From an uncultured bacterium (GTDB lineage: Bacteria > Verrucomicrobiota > Verrucomicrobiia > CAIQCK01), in assembly GCA_903870275.1 (NCBI GenBank), contig CAIQCK010000101.1, forward strand, positions 13,141 to 77,140: a DNA stretch of 64,000 nucleotides, written 5' to 3'. Below the pieces are notes generated by a model. That model did not search any database. It saw only the letters and a list, made by a program, of their open reading frames with translations, and was not told the origin of the DNA. This document shows, piece after piece, positions 1-10,411 of the stretch. Numbering within the stretch: position 1 is the stretch's first letter; the number at the start of each line of letters is the position of its first letter. A program made the position numbers and the translations under genes.

Positions 1-21
1 ACCACCTGATTTAATATCACC

Positions 22-825
22 ATGAAACTCCGCTCCAGCCGCATTCTCCGCGAACTTCACGCCGGCCAGTGTCCGACAGTGTTGAAAATGAACTTCAGCG
101 ATCCGCGCGCTGTTGAACTGGCCGGCTTGGCCGGCGCGTCCGCGGTGTGGCTCTGCAACGAGCACGTGCCAAACGACTGGCTCAATCTCGAGCACATGAT
201 CCGCGCCGCGAAACTCTACGACATGGACACCATTGTCCGCGTCGCGAAGGGTTCCTACAGCGACTACGTGAAACCGTTCGAGGCCGATGCGACCGCAATC
301 ATGGTGCCCCATGTCTCCTCTGCTGAGGAGGCGCGGCATATCGTCGAGATGACACGGTTTCATCCCCTTGGCCGCCGGCCGATTGACGGCGGTAATATGG
401 ACGGCGTTTTCTGCCAGGTGCCCTACCCCGAATACATCGAGCACAGCAACCGCGAAAGGCTGCTCATTCTTCAGATCGAGTCGCCGGAGGCACTGGCGAA
501 AGTGGAGGAGATCGCTGCCGTGCCGGGCTTTGACGCACTGCTGTTCGGCCCGGGCGATTTCAGCCATCTCATTGGCAAGGTGGCACAGGTCAAGGCACCG
601 GAAGTCGTCGCCGCTCGCAAACGCGTCGCCGCCGCAGCGCGCAAGCACGGCAAATACGTCGTCACCGCCGGCATGCTCGACACCCGCGAAGCGCTCGAAG
701 CCGAAGGCGTTTCCATCTTCACGCTCGGCGCGGATGTATTGGGCCTCGGCGATTATTTCAAACAGCTCATCGCGGGATTTCACAAGGCCGCGCCAGCGGC
801 GAAGCCGAAGGCGGTCAATCGCTGA
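22..825 (+). CDS. HpcH/HpaI-family aldolase (2-keto-3-deoxy sugar-acid aldolase-like)
   Basis: 267-aa ORF with the (beta/alpha)8 aldolase signature typical of HpcH/HpaI and 2-dehydro-3-deoxy-rhamnonate aldolases (..IMVPHV..AEEA.., ..LLFGPGDF..). Coding-like GC3. Followed 11 nt later by the SDR gene. Confidence 0.75.
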   Translation: MKLRSSRILRELHAGQCPTVLKMNFSDPRAVELAGLAGASAVWLCNEHVPNDWLNLEHMIRAAKLYDMDTIVRVAKGSYSDYVKPFEADATAIMVPHVSSAEEARHIVEMTRFHPLGRRPIDGGNMDGVFCQVPYPEYIEHSNRERLLILQIESPEALAKVEEIAAVPGFDALLFGPGDFSHLIGKVAQVKAPEVVAARKRVAAAARKHGKYVVTAGMLDTREALEAEGVSIFTLGADVLGLGDYFKQLIAGFHKAAPAAKPKAVNR

Positions 826-836
826 CAAGGAGGCGT

Positions 837-1610
837 ATGCCCGACTCGTTCAGCCTTGAAAATAGAGTTGTCGTCCTCACCGGCGGCGCGGGATTGTTTG
901 GCCGCGGACTGGTATCCGCCATCGCAGCGGCTGGCGCGAAGCTGGTAATCGCCTCGCGCGACGTCGCCAAGCTCAACCGCGTCGCCGCCGAAGAAAATGC
1001 CCGGGGCCACTCCGTCGTGACTGAAAAGCTCGATCAAGGCGACGAAACATCCGTGCTGGCGCTGCGCGACCGCGTGTTGGAACGCTTCAGCCGCGTGGAC
1101 GGGTTGGTGAACAATGCGGTGTTGCGCCCGATGAAATCGCCAGACGCGCCAGTGGCCGCATGGGAGGAATCCATGCGGGTCAACGCCACGGGGACGTTTC
1201 TCATGACGCGGGCGTTTGGCGAAGCCATGTGCCAGCAACAGAGCGGCAGCATCGTCAACATCGGCTCCATGCAAGGCATGGTCGGCCCCAGCCTTGAACT
1301 CTACGAAGGCACCAACATGGGCGTTCCACCGCCGGATTATTTTTTCCACAAAGGCGGCATGATCAACCTCACCCGTTACTACGCCGCACTCTTCGGACAG
1401 CACAACGTGCGCGTGAACTGCGTCTCACCCGGCGGATTCTTCGATCATCAGCCGGAACCGTTTCTGAGCCGCTACTGCTCTCGGACTTTCGTCGGCCGGA
1501 TGGCCGACGATACCGACCTCGGCGGACCCGTGGTGTTCCTTTTGAGTGACGCTGCGCATTACGTCACCGGCGCGAACCTGCCCGTGGACGGCGGCTACAC
1601 GGCAAAGTAG
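837..1610 (+). CDS. short-chain dehydrogenase/reductase (SDR) family oxidoreductase
   Basis: N-terminal Rossmann motif VVLTGGAGLFG. Internal NNAV and catalytic Y..K region. 257 aa, typical SDR length. Probably an operon with the aldolase. Confidence 0.85.
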   Translation: MPDSFSLENRVVVLTGGAGLFGRGLVSAIAAAGAKLVIASRDVAKLNRVAAEENARGHSVVTEKLDQGDETSVLALRDRVLERFSRVDGLVNNAVLRPMKSPDAPVAAWEESMRVNATGTFLMTRAFGEAMCQQQSGSIVNIGSMQGMVGPSLELYEGTNMGVPPPDYFFHKGGMINLTRYYAALFGQHNVRVNCVSPGGFFDHQPEPFLSRYCSRTFVGRMADDTDLGGPVVFLLSDAAHYVTGANLPVDGGYTAK

Positions 1611-1615
1611 CGCGG

Positions 1616-2539
1616 CTAGCGCGACAACTCCGCAAGCCGAATCCGCCAGCAAGCCGCGGAGCGATGCTTCTGCCGGTCTTCGCCGCCGAGCGCCCACAGC
1701 CACTCGCGCGTCTTCACGAGGTGAACCATCCCGCGAATGGGCAGCCGCACGCACGGCTCGAAGCGGTCCGAGGCAATGTCGTAGATGAAACTCTCGTCGG
1801 TGAAACCCTCTTTCGCGCTCTTGAAGCCGCCAGCCAGAAAGACCTGTTTCTCATTCAAGGCCACAGCGGTGACGCCACGCGCGGCGAAAGGATAGGGGCA
1901 GATTGGTTTCCATGTTCGCGTCGCGGGGTCAAACGCGAACGCCGCGTCTCGATTCACCACCTGTTGGGTAGCCGCATCCCACGTCGCGCCGGTGAAAGCG
2001 AAGACACGCGCCTTTGCCGCAGCCACCGCCACCAGTGCGGTCGGGCCAGCGGGATAATCCATCAGAAGCTGCGCTTCCTTCGCTCCGCCGCGCCACTCAA
2101 AACAACGAGCCACGACCGTGCTGAAGTTCGCAATGTCCCCGGCACCACCGATCACGAACAACCGGCTGTCGGCGAAAGCTGCGCCCGCGAGCGTCACCGG
2201 TTGCGGTAAACGTGCAAGCTGCCGGGGAAGACTTTCAGTTTTCCATTCCAGAATCGCATCGGATGATCTTTCTCCGTCGCTGCCCCCGGCTGTGAAATGG
2301 CCGCCGCACGCAGCGTAAGCAAGAGGCGCGTCCAACGACGGCAGCGGTTTCCACAAATTCGCCTTCGCGTCGAATCGCCAGCGTTTCGCGAGCCACCGCT
2401 TCGAGTCGTTCTCCCAATTCGTCCCGCCCGCCACCACGATGTCTTCGCCTGTCGAAAAGCAGATCATTCCACCGTTCGATTCAAGAAGGTCGGGCATCCG
2501 TTGCCAGCCTTCGGCCGCGAAGGAAATCGTGGTGGTCAT
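1616..2539 (-). CDS. Kelch-repeat beta-propeller protein (NanM/cyclically-permuted mutarotase-like)
   Basis: Repeated ..AGG..G(x)..-W..- Kelch-like blades across about 300 aa. No signal peptide. The start is taken at the internal ATG 2539 (MTTTISFAAEGW); the ORF extends to 2662, but that upstream part overlaps the neighbouring gene frame. Confidence 0.6.
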   Translation of the reverse strand: MTTTISFAAEGWQRMPDLLESNGGMICFSTGEDIVVAGGTNWENDSKRWLAKRWRFDAKANLWKPLPSLDAPLAYAACGGHFTAGGSDGERSSDAILEWKTESLPRQLARLPQPVTLAGAAFADSRLFVIGGAGDIANFSTVVARCFEWRGGAKEAQLLMDYPAGPTALVAVAAAKARVFAFTGATWDAATQQVVNRDAAFAFDPATRTWKPICPYPFAARGVTAVALNEKQVFLAGGFKSAKEGFTDESFIYDIASDRFEPCVRLPIRGMVHLVKTREWLWALGGEDRQKHRSAACWRIRLAELSR

Positions 2540-2561
2540 GATAGCAATCCACAGACACGCA

Positions 2562-3128
2562 TCAGTCAGCCTTGCGCGTCGTCTTATCGTCAGGGTTATT
2601 AGCGCGTTCATAAACATCCATCGTTCCGTGCGGCGGCAACCAGTCCGCACGCTGGCGAACATCGTGTGTGCCGCTCATTTTCCCCGACTCGCTCGGCGGT
2701 GTGGGATCGTCGGCGCGGCGCAATTCCCACCAGCACTGCCCGCAGTGGTTGTGCTCGTGGTCCACGACCCACCCGCATTGTTTTAGCAACGGACCGATCC
2801 AGCCCATGCAGTGGTCGCAATAGTCGTGGTATCGCCGGAGAACGTTACGAAGCAGAAAGCCTTTCGATGGACACTCGTGCATGTCTATGCGGAATGTGGC
2901 GCTCGTGGCGGCGCAGTAGTAACCGGCGCCTTCGTCCGCAAGCGTATGGCCCCAGTATTCTTTCATGCCGGCGATGCCTTTCGCAGCGATAAGAGCCGCC
3001 GCGTGCCGCTGCGAGTCGCGATGAATCGCTTCGTCCCAATACTCGCGGACCAAGGACTCACCGCCCTGTTGGCGCAGCCATTCGAAGGTCCACTCGTAGT
3101 GGCCACAGAAATCGTAACAGCCTAGCAC
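2562..3128 (-). CDS. Cys/His-rich hypothetical protein (probable metal-binding)
   Basis: Frame remains open and coding-like from the stop of the upstream gene. Putative GTG start (3126-3128) overlaps the upstream TAG (GTGcTAG coupling). Motifs GCYDFCGHYEW, HDYCDHCMGW, HEHNHCGQCWW. An alternative ATG lies at 2966. Could also be a frameshifted continuation of 3122..3643. Confidence 0.45.
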   Translation of the reverse strand: MLGCYDFCGHYEWTFEWLRQQGGESLVREYWDEAIHRDSQRHAAALIAAKGIAGMKEYWGHTLADEGAGYYCAATSATFRIDMHECPSKGFLLRNVLRRYHDYCDHCMGWIGPLLKQCGWVVDHEHNHCGQCWWELRRADDPTPPSESGKMSGTHDVRQRADWLPPHGTMDVYERANNPDDKTTRKAD

Positions 3129-3643
3129 GCGGCCTCCTTGATGAGCGCGAGGTCCTGTGGCGCTGATACGATGTGGTGACGGAGAAAAGTTTGTCGGCAC
3201 GAACCATTGCCGCCTTCGACGCGCACCGTCAGCCCCGCTGGCGCAACCATCGCCTCGCCAACGAAATAGCAGTGCTGGCAGAAGCACGGGACGATTTCCC
3301 GGCCGTGCGCGCGGAGATGTTTGATGGCTGGGCAAACTTTCACGTCTAGTGTGACGACATCCGACGATTGGTGGACTTCGACTTCCGCTCCCGGTTCCGC
3401 GGCAAAGAAGGCGCGCCAATATGCTGCGACGGCCGGCAGGCCGCCCGTTCTCCAACGCACCATGACCGGAGCGAAATAGCCCGCACCGAGATCGGTCCAG
3501 TATCGCCGCAACCCCTCGATGCCGGACTTCTTCAGCACAAAGCGGAAGGTTGCGTTGATCGCGTAGTAAAAATCCGCCGCGCCGACCAGTTTCGTGTCAG
3601 TGTAGGGTAGCGGTTTGGCGGAGGAAGGCATGATGGCTTTCAA
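3122..3643 (-). CDS. hypothetical protein (contains CFCQHCYF motif)
   Basis: 173-aa ORF. Its ATG overlaps the stop of the upstream MFS gene (ATGA). Same strand and operon as the Kelch gene. No family recognised. Confidence 0.5.
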   Translation of the reverse strand: MKAIMPSSAKPLPYTDTKLVGAADFYYAINATFRFVLKKSGIEGLRRYWTDLGAGYFAPVMVRWRTGGLPAVAAYWRAFFAAEPGAEVEVHQSSDVVTLDVKVCPAIKHLRAHGREIVPCFCQHCYFVGEAMVAPAGLTVRVEGGNGSCRQTFLRHHIVSAPQDLALIKEAAC

Positions 3644-4905
3644 CTTTCAGCTACGCGACGGGATGGCTTGACCATAAACATCAACCCGGCGCAGAAAAGC
3701 ATGCTAACCGACGACCACATGAAGAGGTTGTTCACGTTCACATGCGCGTCGCGCAGCGCGCCGCCCGCGTAGATCGACACACCGCCGATGATGCAACTGA
3801 ACATGTTCAACACGCCATAGCCGGTCGCACGATAACGCGGGTCGGCTACCAAACAAAGCGCCGGCATCATGTTCGCGTCGGTGAAATAGCGTCCCACGCC
3901 GTATAGCATCAGCCCGGCGATGGCGACGATCAGCACGCTGGTCTTGGCCATGACAAAGACAGCGGGCGCGGCCAGGCATAGGCCGATGGCGGGGACGAGG
4001 ATGCGAGCGCGGATGTTGGTTCGGCTCCAGCGATCGGCCCACACGCCGCCAATGAGCAGGCCCAGCAACGTCGCCGTTTGCAAATAGCCGGTCGCCGACA
4101 AGCCGGCCACGCCTTGTGAGAGATGAAAGTTTTCGTTCAAGTAAGTTGGCAGCCAGCCCACCACCGCCCAGACGGCCATCCCGAGCACGCCCCAATAACC
4201 GAGCATGAAATAAAACGGGCCGCAGCTAAACAAGCTGCCGAGCGCTTCAACAAAACCTGCCTTCTGCTTGGGTCCCGCGGTTGCCAGCGCCTCTGCGTCC
4301 TCGCGTGGCGCATCCCGCAGCGTGAACACAAGCACCGCGGCATAAATGATGCCGACGATACCGAACAGGATAAACGCGTAATTCCATCCATGCCGTTCCG
4401 CCAGCCATCCGCCCAAACCGCCCAGCCCGGCGCCGACGCTAACGCCGGTCATGTGGACGCCCGTCGCCAGTGAGCGCGTGCCGGTGCGATGATAATCGGC
4501 GATGAGCGCGAGCGCCGCCGGGATGTAAGTCGCTTCGCTGATGCCCATGAGAGCGCGTGCAGCCAGAAGCTGCTCGAACGTCTTCGCGTGCCCCGTCAGC
4601 CACGTGAGCGCCGACCAGACCAGCAAGCTTGCGATAATAACGCGGCTGCGGCTGCAACGGTCCGCCAAATAACCCGTAAATGGGCTGATCACGCCATAGA
4701 CCCAGAGGAACACCGATGTAAGCAAACCAAATTGCGCGTCGGTCATTGGAATCGCCGCAACCAATGATCCGTGCATCGTGGTGATCATCACACGGTCGAG
4801 GTAATTCAAGCAGGCCACAATCCAAAGCAATCCCACAACGAGCCACGCCCGCGTGCATTGATTGGGGTTGCTAGTCATTTGGGTCGGATCAAACTTCGTC
4901 TTCAT
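3640..4905 (-). CDS. MFS transporter (sugar/sugar-acid type)
   Basis: 12 predicted hydrophobic helices. MFS-type loop motifs (..DRCSRSRV.., ..GWLAERHGW..). ATG taken at 4905 (MKTKF); the ORF extends to 4935. Confidence 0.8.
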   Translation of the reverse strand: MKTKFDPTQMTSNPNQCTRAWLVVGLLWIVACLNYLDRVMITTMHGSLVAAIPMTDAQFGLLTSVFLWVYGVISPFTGYLADRCSRSRVIIASLLVWSALTWLTGHAKTFEQLLAARALMGISEATYIPAALALIADYHRTGTRSLATGVHMTGVSVGAGLGGLGGWLAERHGWNYAFILFGIVGIIYAAVLVFTLRDAPREDAEALATAGPKQKAGFVEALGSLFSCGPFYFMLGYWGVLGMAVWAVVGWLPTYLNENFHLSQGVAGLSATGYLQTATLLGLLIGGVWADRWSRTNIRARILVPAIGLCLAAPAVFVMAKTSVLIVAIAGLMLYGVGRYFTDANMMPALCLVADPRYRATGYGVLNMFSCIIGGVSIYAGGALRDAHVNVNNLFMWSSVSMLFCAGLMFMVKPSRRVAES

Positions 4906-5208
4906 CCGCGCGCAAGGCCACCGAGGCGAGCGCAAGCATCGTGAACCACAGAACTGTTTTCATAGTGGGCAGCACTGTTGAAGACATCGTAGCGGAGGCG
5001 GGATGCGTCACAAGCGCGAAATGTTATCCTTGAACAAAGACCACAACTTCAAGCTTGGGTTTATCGTTCCGCTCAATCCGCCACACCGGCTCATTGCCCG
5101 CGCCTCCTGCCGCCTGAAAACCAACATTTACCAACACTTAAGGAACACTTTGTCGCTCCAACAACCGCAAGTCCGTGTGAGTGACAAGGCGGGACGCGGA
5201 ACACCCGC

Positions 5209-8070
5209 TCAAGGCGTGCTTTTTGAGATGTGCCGCTGCGGTTCGATGGGAATCAAGGCTCCGTTTCGAGCGGGTAGCCTGATTCGCAGCGGTTCCCGGC
5301 GACCGGCCAAATGCACGCTTGCCGTAACAGGCTTGGCAGCATGGTTGACGGCAACCAACCACTCGATTCCATCGCCCACAAGCAAACTGGTCTCGACATC
5401 ATCATTGTCTGCGCGGGCGTGAGTCGTGACCCCGGTCTTTGTGAGCGCAGCGCGCACCTGCCGCAGAAGATCCGTGCGCTCCCTCGTGTCCGGCGTCTCG
5501 GCGGCATCGTGGAACCGTTGTTCGAGGCTGCCGCTGAATCGAATCACACGCGGGTTGTCCCGAAATTCATCCGGCAGCCTGGCCGTGTCGTCACAGATGA
5601 CCCACCCGCCTGTGCGGAGAAAATCCGCAAGACACACGAGAGCCTCCTTCGGCAAGTAATCCGTTTCGACCATCGCCAGCACTTTCACCGGACCAAAACC
5701 CTTTCGCCCGACCGCGATCTGTTCGTGAGCGATGTCACACTCGCCAAAAGCGCGGAACAACAGTTGATACGCGTAGGCAGGCGCGAATTTCTTGCCGCCG
5801 CTCATCCACTGCGCCTGGGGAAAGTAAAGCGCCAGAGGCGATGGCAGTTTGTGAGTGTGCAGCAGCGCCGGCCCGGCGTCGCATATGGTGCACAGCTCGC
5901 GGCCCAAGTGATCCCATCGCTCCGGCCGCGCGCCCGTGCCGGTTCCAAACGCATTGTTGATGAATGAGTTCAGGTAGTGACAACCCTGGCTGATGGCGGT
6001 CCACGCGCACTCGCTACTTGCTTCGACCGGGTTGATCTGAAATGGATAGTTCCGATCATCCAGCTCGACGTAAAAACCCGCCGGCTTGCCAAGATGCCCG
6101 GCAATGGCGCGTTGCACCGCAAAACAGAAATGCGCCTGAAGCATCCGAATGTTTTGCGAGACGGGATAAAAGTAGGGATACACGTCGAAGTCCACGTAGT
6201 CGGCAGCGCGCGACCAGCCGAGAACATCCTCCAGCGCGCGCCGATTATCGGCGTAGCCGTAGCCGGGCGCCATGTAGGTCAACAGCAGACCAAACGGCGC
6301 GGCGGATTCGCTCGCGACCTGCCGGCTTGCTTCGTAGCCGGTCGCCACATAATCGGCAATGAACTGACTGAGCTGCCGGTGGCCTTCGGCGTCGCCGGCC
6401 GGTATCTCAGCGCGCCTTCGCAATGGCCGGCCGAATCGTTTCTGAAACTCACGCTGGCAGAGCGGGCAGTAGTCCAGCGACTTGTCACAGGCGGTCGGCT
6501 CGTCGAGAATCTTGATTCCCCACACGCGTGGATACTCGCGCGCCGCGTCGAGCCTCGGCCTCAATATTTTGGCAAGAGCTTCACGATAATCGGGCGCGAA
6601 CACACAAGGCGTTGGCGGCGTGTCGGTGCCAATGTTGGTCAGGCGTTCGTATTCGAACATGACAGCCATGCCGCGCGACTGCGCGTAGCGGATTGCATAG
6701 TCGAGCAGCCGCGCACGGTTGTCCCAGGGCTTGCGGGCCAGGTGCCGCAAGCCGCCAATGGCAACGGTATTGAATCCGTGTCCGCTCAGATCGTCCACGC
6801 GTTCGCGCAACGCGCGCTCGTCGAGCAAGTGACCGCCTCCCTCGGTGCCAAGCCATGAGATGATCGGAAAGAAGTTTGTGCGGTCGAGGGGTTGGGGATG
6901 CGCGAAATCGGCGGGCACTGCGGCGTAACCCGGCAGATTTGCCGCGCCAGGCTCCTGCCCGGCGAGCCACTGGCAGGTTCGCGCCAGTTGCGTCCGGTAT
7001 TCTCCCGACGCGAAATAACAGCCATCCATGGTTGTTGCGACATTGGGACGTCCATTGAGCAACGCCACGCGCCCGAGATGAAAACTGCGTTGCGACAGCA
7101 TGGCCTTATTCTTCGTGTTCGCTGCGGGCAGCATCTCCGCGAGGGGGCGGGGAAAGGATTTTGCCGTGTCGAGCGTCGTCGGCCCACCCACGAACAGCAA
7201 CCCGCCGCCGCTGGCAACATAATCACAGAGCATTTCCACCTGTGCCCGCGTCAACACGTAAGGATCAACGTCCACCAGCGCCACGAGGTCATAGTCCAAC
7301 ATCTCCCGTGAGGACGCGGGAAAACCGAAGACGGGAAAATGAAGGCCCCGAAACAGTCGCCGCTCCACGGCCACGCCAACCGCTTCCAGCGTCTCGCGGA
7401 CGAAATAGAAGCTCGCCGCGGAGTGGGTAACCAACAGGGCACGGCTCAGGTTGCCGGTCTTGCGCGGGCTGACGCGCGGTTGGTATTGCCAATCGGGCGG
7501 CGACTTCGGACGCAGCCGGATGTTTGCCACGGCAAAGTCGCCTTCAAATGCCTGTCCGTCGGCCACGCCAATCCGAAACGTGAGTTCCTTCAACGGATGG
7601 AAATACGCGCTGTAGATATTGCGGGGTTCGGCGAAGTGGTCGAGCCGTACCACAGCCGTCTGCCATCGGCCCGGCGTTACATCGTGCAACCGCGCAAAAG
7701 GCAGATCAGTGAACTCGGCCGGCCCGGTGCGGAACCGGAACACCAGCGCGCGATCCGGGTCGAGATGATTCGTCGACCTGAGACGGAAAGAAAATGTGAG
7801 CTGTTCCCAGCGGTGAAGGCCCGGCAAGTTGTCGAACTTCTTTGTCAGAAACGCGGCGTGCGGCGAACTGTCCACCGCGACACGGAGCGTGCCGCACAAC
7901 GCAGACGAGCCATCCACGGCATTGCTGACGACGTTCAAGCTCTTTGCTCCGGCACCGCTGAGTTGCCATCCAGCCGGTCGCGGCGAAGAGAAATCGTCCA
8001 AAACGGTGACTTCAGCATGAGCCGTCACGACTGTGGCGAGAACAAGAAAGAGAGCTTTCATAAACAGCAT
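5209..8070 (-). CDS. large secreted multidomain glycoside-hydrolase-like protein
   Basis: Signal peptide MLFMKALFLVLATVVTAHA from ATG 8070; the ORF extends to 8241. 950 aa with TIM-barrel GH-like stretches (..GFNTVAIGG.., ..FEYERL..) and a trimerisation/ThuA-like stretch (..DYVASGGGLLFVGG..). Family not resolved. Confidence 0.5.
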   Translation of the reverse strand: MLFMKALFLVLATVVTAHAEVTVLDDFSSPRPAGWQLSGAGAKSLNVVSNAVDGSSALCGTLRVAVDSSPHAAFLTKKFDNLPGLHRWEQLTFSFRLRSTNHLDPDRALVFRFRTGPAEFTDLPFARLHDVTPGRWQTAVVRLDHFAEPRNIYSAYFHPLKELTFRIGVADGQAFEGDFAVANIRLRPKSPPDWQYQPRVSPRKTGNLSRALLVTHSAASFYFVRETLEAVGVAVERRLFRGLHFPVFGFPASSREMLDYDLVALVDVDPYVLTRAQVEMLCDYVASGGGLLFVGGPTTLDTAKSFPRPLAEMLPAANTKNKAMLSQRSFHLGRVALLNGRPNVATTMDGCYFASGEYRTQLARTCQWLAGQEPGAANLPGYAAVPADFAHPQPLDRTNFFPIISWLGTEGGGHLLDERALRERVDDLSGHGFNTVAIGGLRHLARKPWDNRARLLDYAIRYAQSRGMAVMFEYERLTNIGTDTPPTPCVFAPDYREALAKILRPRLDAAREYPRVWGIKILDEPTACDKSLDYCPLCQREFQKRFGRPLRRRAEIPAGDAEGHRQLSQFIADYVATGYEASRQVASESAAPFGLLLTYMAPGYGYADNRRALEDVLGWSRAADYVDFDVYPYFYPVSQNIRMLQAHFCFAVQRAIAGHLGKPAGFYVELDDRNYPFQINPVEASSECAWTAISQGCHYLNSFINNAFGTGTGARPERWDHLGRELCTICDAGPALLHTHKLPSPLALYFPQAQWMSGGKKFAPAYAYQLLFRAFGECDIAHEQIAVGRKGFGPVKVLAMVETDYLPKEALVCLADFLRTGGWVICDDTARLPDEFRDNPRVIRFSGSLEQRFHDAAETPDTRERTDLLRQVRAALTKTGVTTHARADNDDVETSLLVGDGIEWLVAVNHAAKPVTASVHLAGRREPLRIRLPARNGALIPIEPQRHISKSTP

Positions 8071-8191
8071 GCTTGTTGTCATTGCACCGATGATGCCGTG
8101 AAGAAGCTCTCGCGTCGAGGATGGAGCGGTTTTTGGGCGGATGCAGGGTCGGAAACCTGCTATAATCTGTGCCCAAGCATCTTCACTACCT

Positions 8192-10411
8192 ATGAACCGA
8201 ATCATTGCGGCCCTACTCTTGGCAGGTCTCAGCAACTCCATGCTGTGCGCGGCAGCGCAGACCCCACTGAAAGCTTACGGCGTTACGGCCATTGAAAAGG
8301 TGACGCAAAATCAGGAGCCAGCCACCGACTGGCGCGCAGGCCGGATCGCCATTGAGTGCGCCCGAAATGAGTCCGAGTCATTCCAAGTCGTGGTGCGGGC
8401 AAACAGACCGATGGACAACCTTTCAGTGGGATTGGAGGATTTGCGAACCGCAGGAGGCGCGGTGTTGCCAGCCCGGTTTATCAATTTGCGGAAGGTGGAG
8501 TGGGTGGATGTGAACGCGCCATTCGATCCGGCAGAGCCTTCGACGAAACCCAACTTCCTGCCTGACCCCCTGCCCCCTGTTGACGCGGCAAAGGACCGTT
8601 TCGCCGTGGAGCCGGGGAAGAATCTTGTCTTCTGGCTGACGGTGACTGTTCTCGAAGACGCGCGCGCGGCGATTTACCGCGGCCGGGTGCGGTTGCTGCG
8701 GGGAAGTGAGACCGTGGCGACCATCGCGGTGGAACTGCGCGTGCGTGGTTTCACCCTGTCCAACCCGCCAATCCTTCAGAGCATGGTCGGCCTGTCGGCG
8801 TCAAACATCTACAAGGCTCACGGCTGCAAAACGCGCGAGGACAAGGAGCGGATCATCCGGGTTTACTTCGACGAATATATTCGCGCGCGGCTTTCCCCGT
8901 TTCTCTACGCGCCGGGAACGATGGCCTTTAGCCCGCTGCCGGACAGCGCGATCAAATGGGAGTTCCTCAAAGGTCCTGACGGCAAGCCGACCGGCCAGGC
9001 AAAGCTGGACTTCACAGGCTTTGACCGCGAAGGCGAACGCTACTTCAATCAGCGGCGGGCCTTCAGCGCGTTCAACTTCGCGCCGTATCTCTGGACCCGA
9101 CGTGACAAACGCGACAAACAACAGGGAACTGTTCTCCGTTTTGCCGACGGGAAAGGCGCCGTCGTTGAGCGACGCAATCCAGACGATTCGATCAATCCCG
9201 TGTTCGACCGGCTCGTCATGGGCGTATTCCGGCAGATCGCCACGCACCTGGCGGAGAAAGGCTGGCTTGACCGGGCGATCTATTACGTCACCGACGAACC
9301 GCCCGAGTCAGACATGGAGGCGCTGAAGGAAATTTGCCTGCTCATCCGACAAGCCGATCCGCGTATTCGCACGGCAATGACTTACGATCCGGCCAACCGT
9401 CCGAAGCTTGCGGAGTTGGCCCAGGATGGCAAGTCGCTCATCTCGGTGTGGATTCCCTATTGCACGCTTTACCGCGAAGACGTGGCGGCGGCCGAGCGCA
9501 AAAAAAACGCCGATTACTGGCTCTATGACGTGAAGGATTTCTGTCTCATCTCGCACACTGGGCTGCTCAACCGCGCAATGTTCTGGGATGTCTGGCGGCG
9601 CGATGCCGGCGGTTATCTGTATTATCTCTCGACCCATTGGGGGCAAACCACCACGCCGTGGGAGCGGCCGAATTTCCTGCTGCCCGGTGTTTCTTACAAG
9701 TATCGCCACGGCGACGGCTATTTTTTCTATCCGCCGCTGCGCCACGGGGAGCCGGACGCGCCGCTGTTGGACCGCGTCGTGCCGACCATTCGTTGGGAAC
9801 TGATGCGCGAGGGCGCGGAGGATTACGACTACCTGCGGATGCTGGAGCGATTGGTGAGCGCCGCCAACCGGAAGAATCCCTCCGCCGCCAATAAAGGCCG
9901 GCTCGCGCTGGCTCAGGCGCGCAACTTCGCCAACATCGCGGCTGGCGCGGCCAACAACTACACGATCCAGATGTTGCAGTTGGAGAAAGCGGAGGGTTGG
10001 TCGTGGTCCGCCACGGAGAGCTGGCTTATTCACCGGGGCGGCAAGCCATCCAAGCTGAAGGTGACGATCAAAACCGGCATGAAAGACGGCCTCTACGATC
10101 TGTCACTCCGGGTGTATGACGACCGCGACCACCACGGTCGGATCTATTCGCGTTTCGCCGTTAACGGCAAGCCTTGCGCATCGCCAGGGACGGACGTGAA
10201 AGGCCCCGTCGCGGTGGAGGTTGGAAGCGTGGCCGTGCGGGGCGGGGTTTGCTCGTTCGAGCTTTCCTCTTCGCCGGAGGATTACGGTGTGATTGTTTAC
10301 GGCGTTGGCCTGCGCGAGATCGTAAAAGCAAAGAGCCGGAGCATCTACGCCGTGCGCCACGACGTGGCCGATGCCATCGAACTGTTGCAGGCGACGCTAG
10401 CCGCCAAGTGA
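8192..10411 (+). CDS. secreted DUF4091-like glycoside-hydrolase-domain protein
   Basis: Signal peptide MNRIIAALLLAGLS at ATG 8192. VTDEP / WTRRDK / WIPY motifs recalled from DUF4091-type proteins. Divergent from the 5209..8070 gene. The ORF ATG is at 8141. Confidence 0.5.
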   Translation: MNRIIAALLLAGLSNSMLCAAAQTPLKAYGVTAIEKVTQNQEPATDWRAGRIAIECARNESESFQVVVRANRPMDNLSVGLEDLRTAGGAVLPARFINLRKVEWVDVNAPFDPAEPSTKPNFLPDPLPPVDAAKDRFAVEPGKNLVFWLTVTVLEDARAAIYRGRVRLLRGSETVATIAVELRVRGFTLSNPPILQSMVGLSASNIYKAHGCKTREDKERIIRVYFDEYIRARLSPFLYAPGTMAFSPLPDSAIKWEFLKGPDGKPTGQAKLDFTGFDREGERYFNQRRAFSAFNFAPYLWTRRDKRDKQQGTVLRFADGKGAVVERRNPDDSINPVFDRLVMGVFRQIATHLAEKGWLDRAIYYVTDEPPESDMEALKEICLLIRQADPRIRTAMTYDPANRPKLAELAQDGKSLISVWIPYCTLYREDVAAAERKKNADYWLYDVKDFCLISHTGLLNRAMFWDVWRRDAGGYLYYLSTHWGQTTTPWERPNFLLPGVSYKYRHGDGYFFYPPLRHGEPDAPLLDRVVPTIRWELMREGAEDYDYLRMLERLVSAANRKNPSAANKGRLALAQARNFANIAAGAANNYTIQMLQLEKAEGWSWSATESWLIHRGGKPSKLKVTIKTGMKDGLYDLSLRVYDDRDHHGRIYSRFAVNGKPCASPGTDVKGPVAVEVGSVAVRGGVCSFELSSSPEDYGVIVYGVGLREIVKAKSRSIYAVRHDVADAIELLQATLAAK

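Noticed and set aside
368-859. 163-aa ORF in an alternative frame inside the aldolase gene
   Set aside because: Arg/Ser-rich low-complexity translation typical of out-of-frame GC-rich sequence. The aldolase frame has clear family motifs.
9500-9507. A8 homopolymer inside the DUF4091-like gene as a phase-variation tract
   Set aside because: It encodes KKN in frame. Eight A's is short for efficient slippage and there is no 5'-proximal location. Noted only as a minor potential slippage site.
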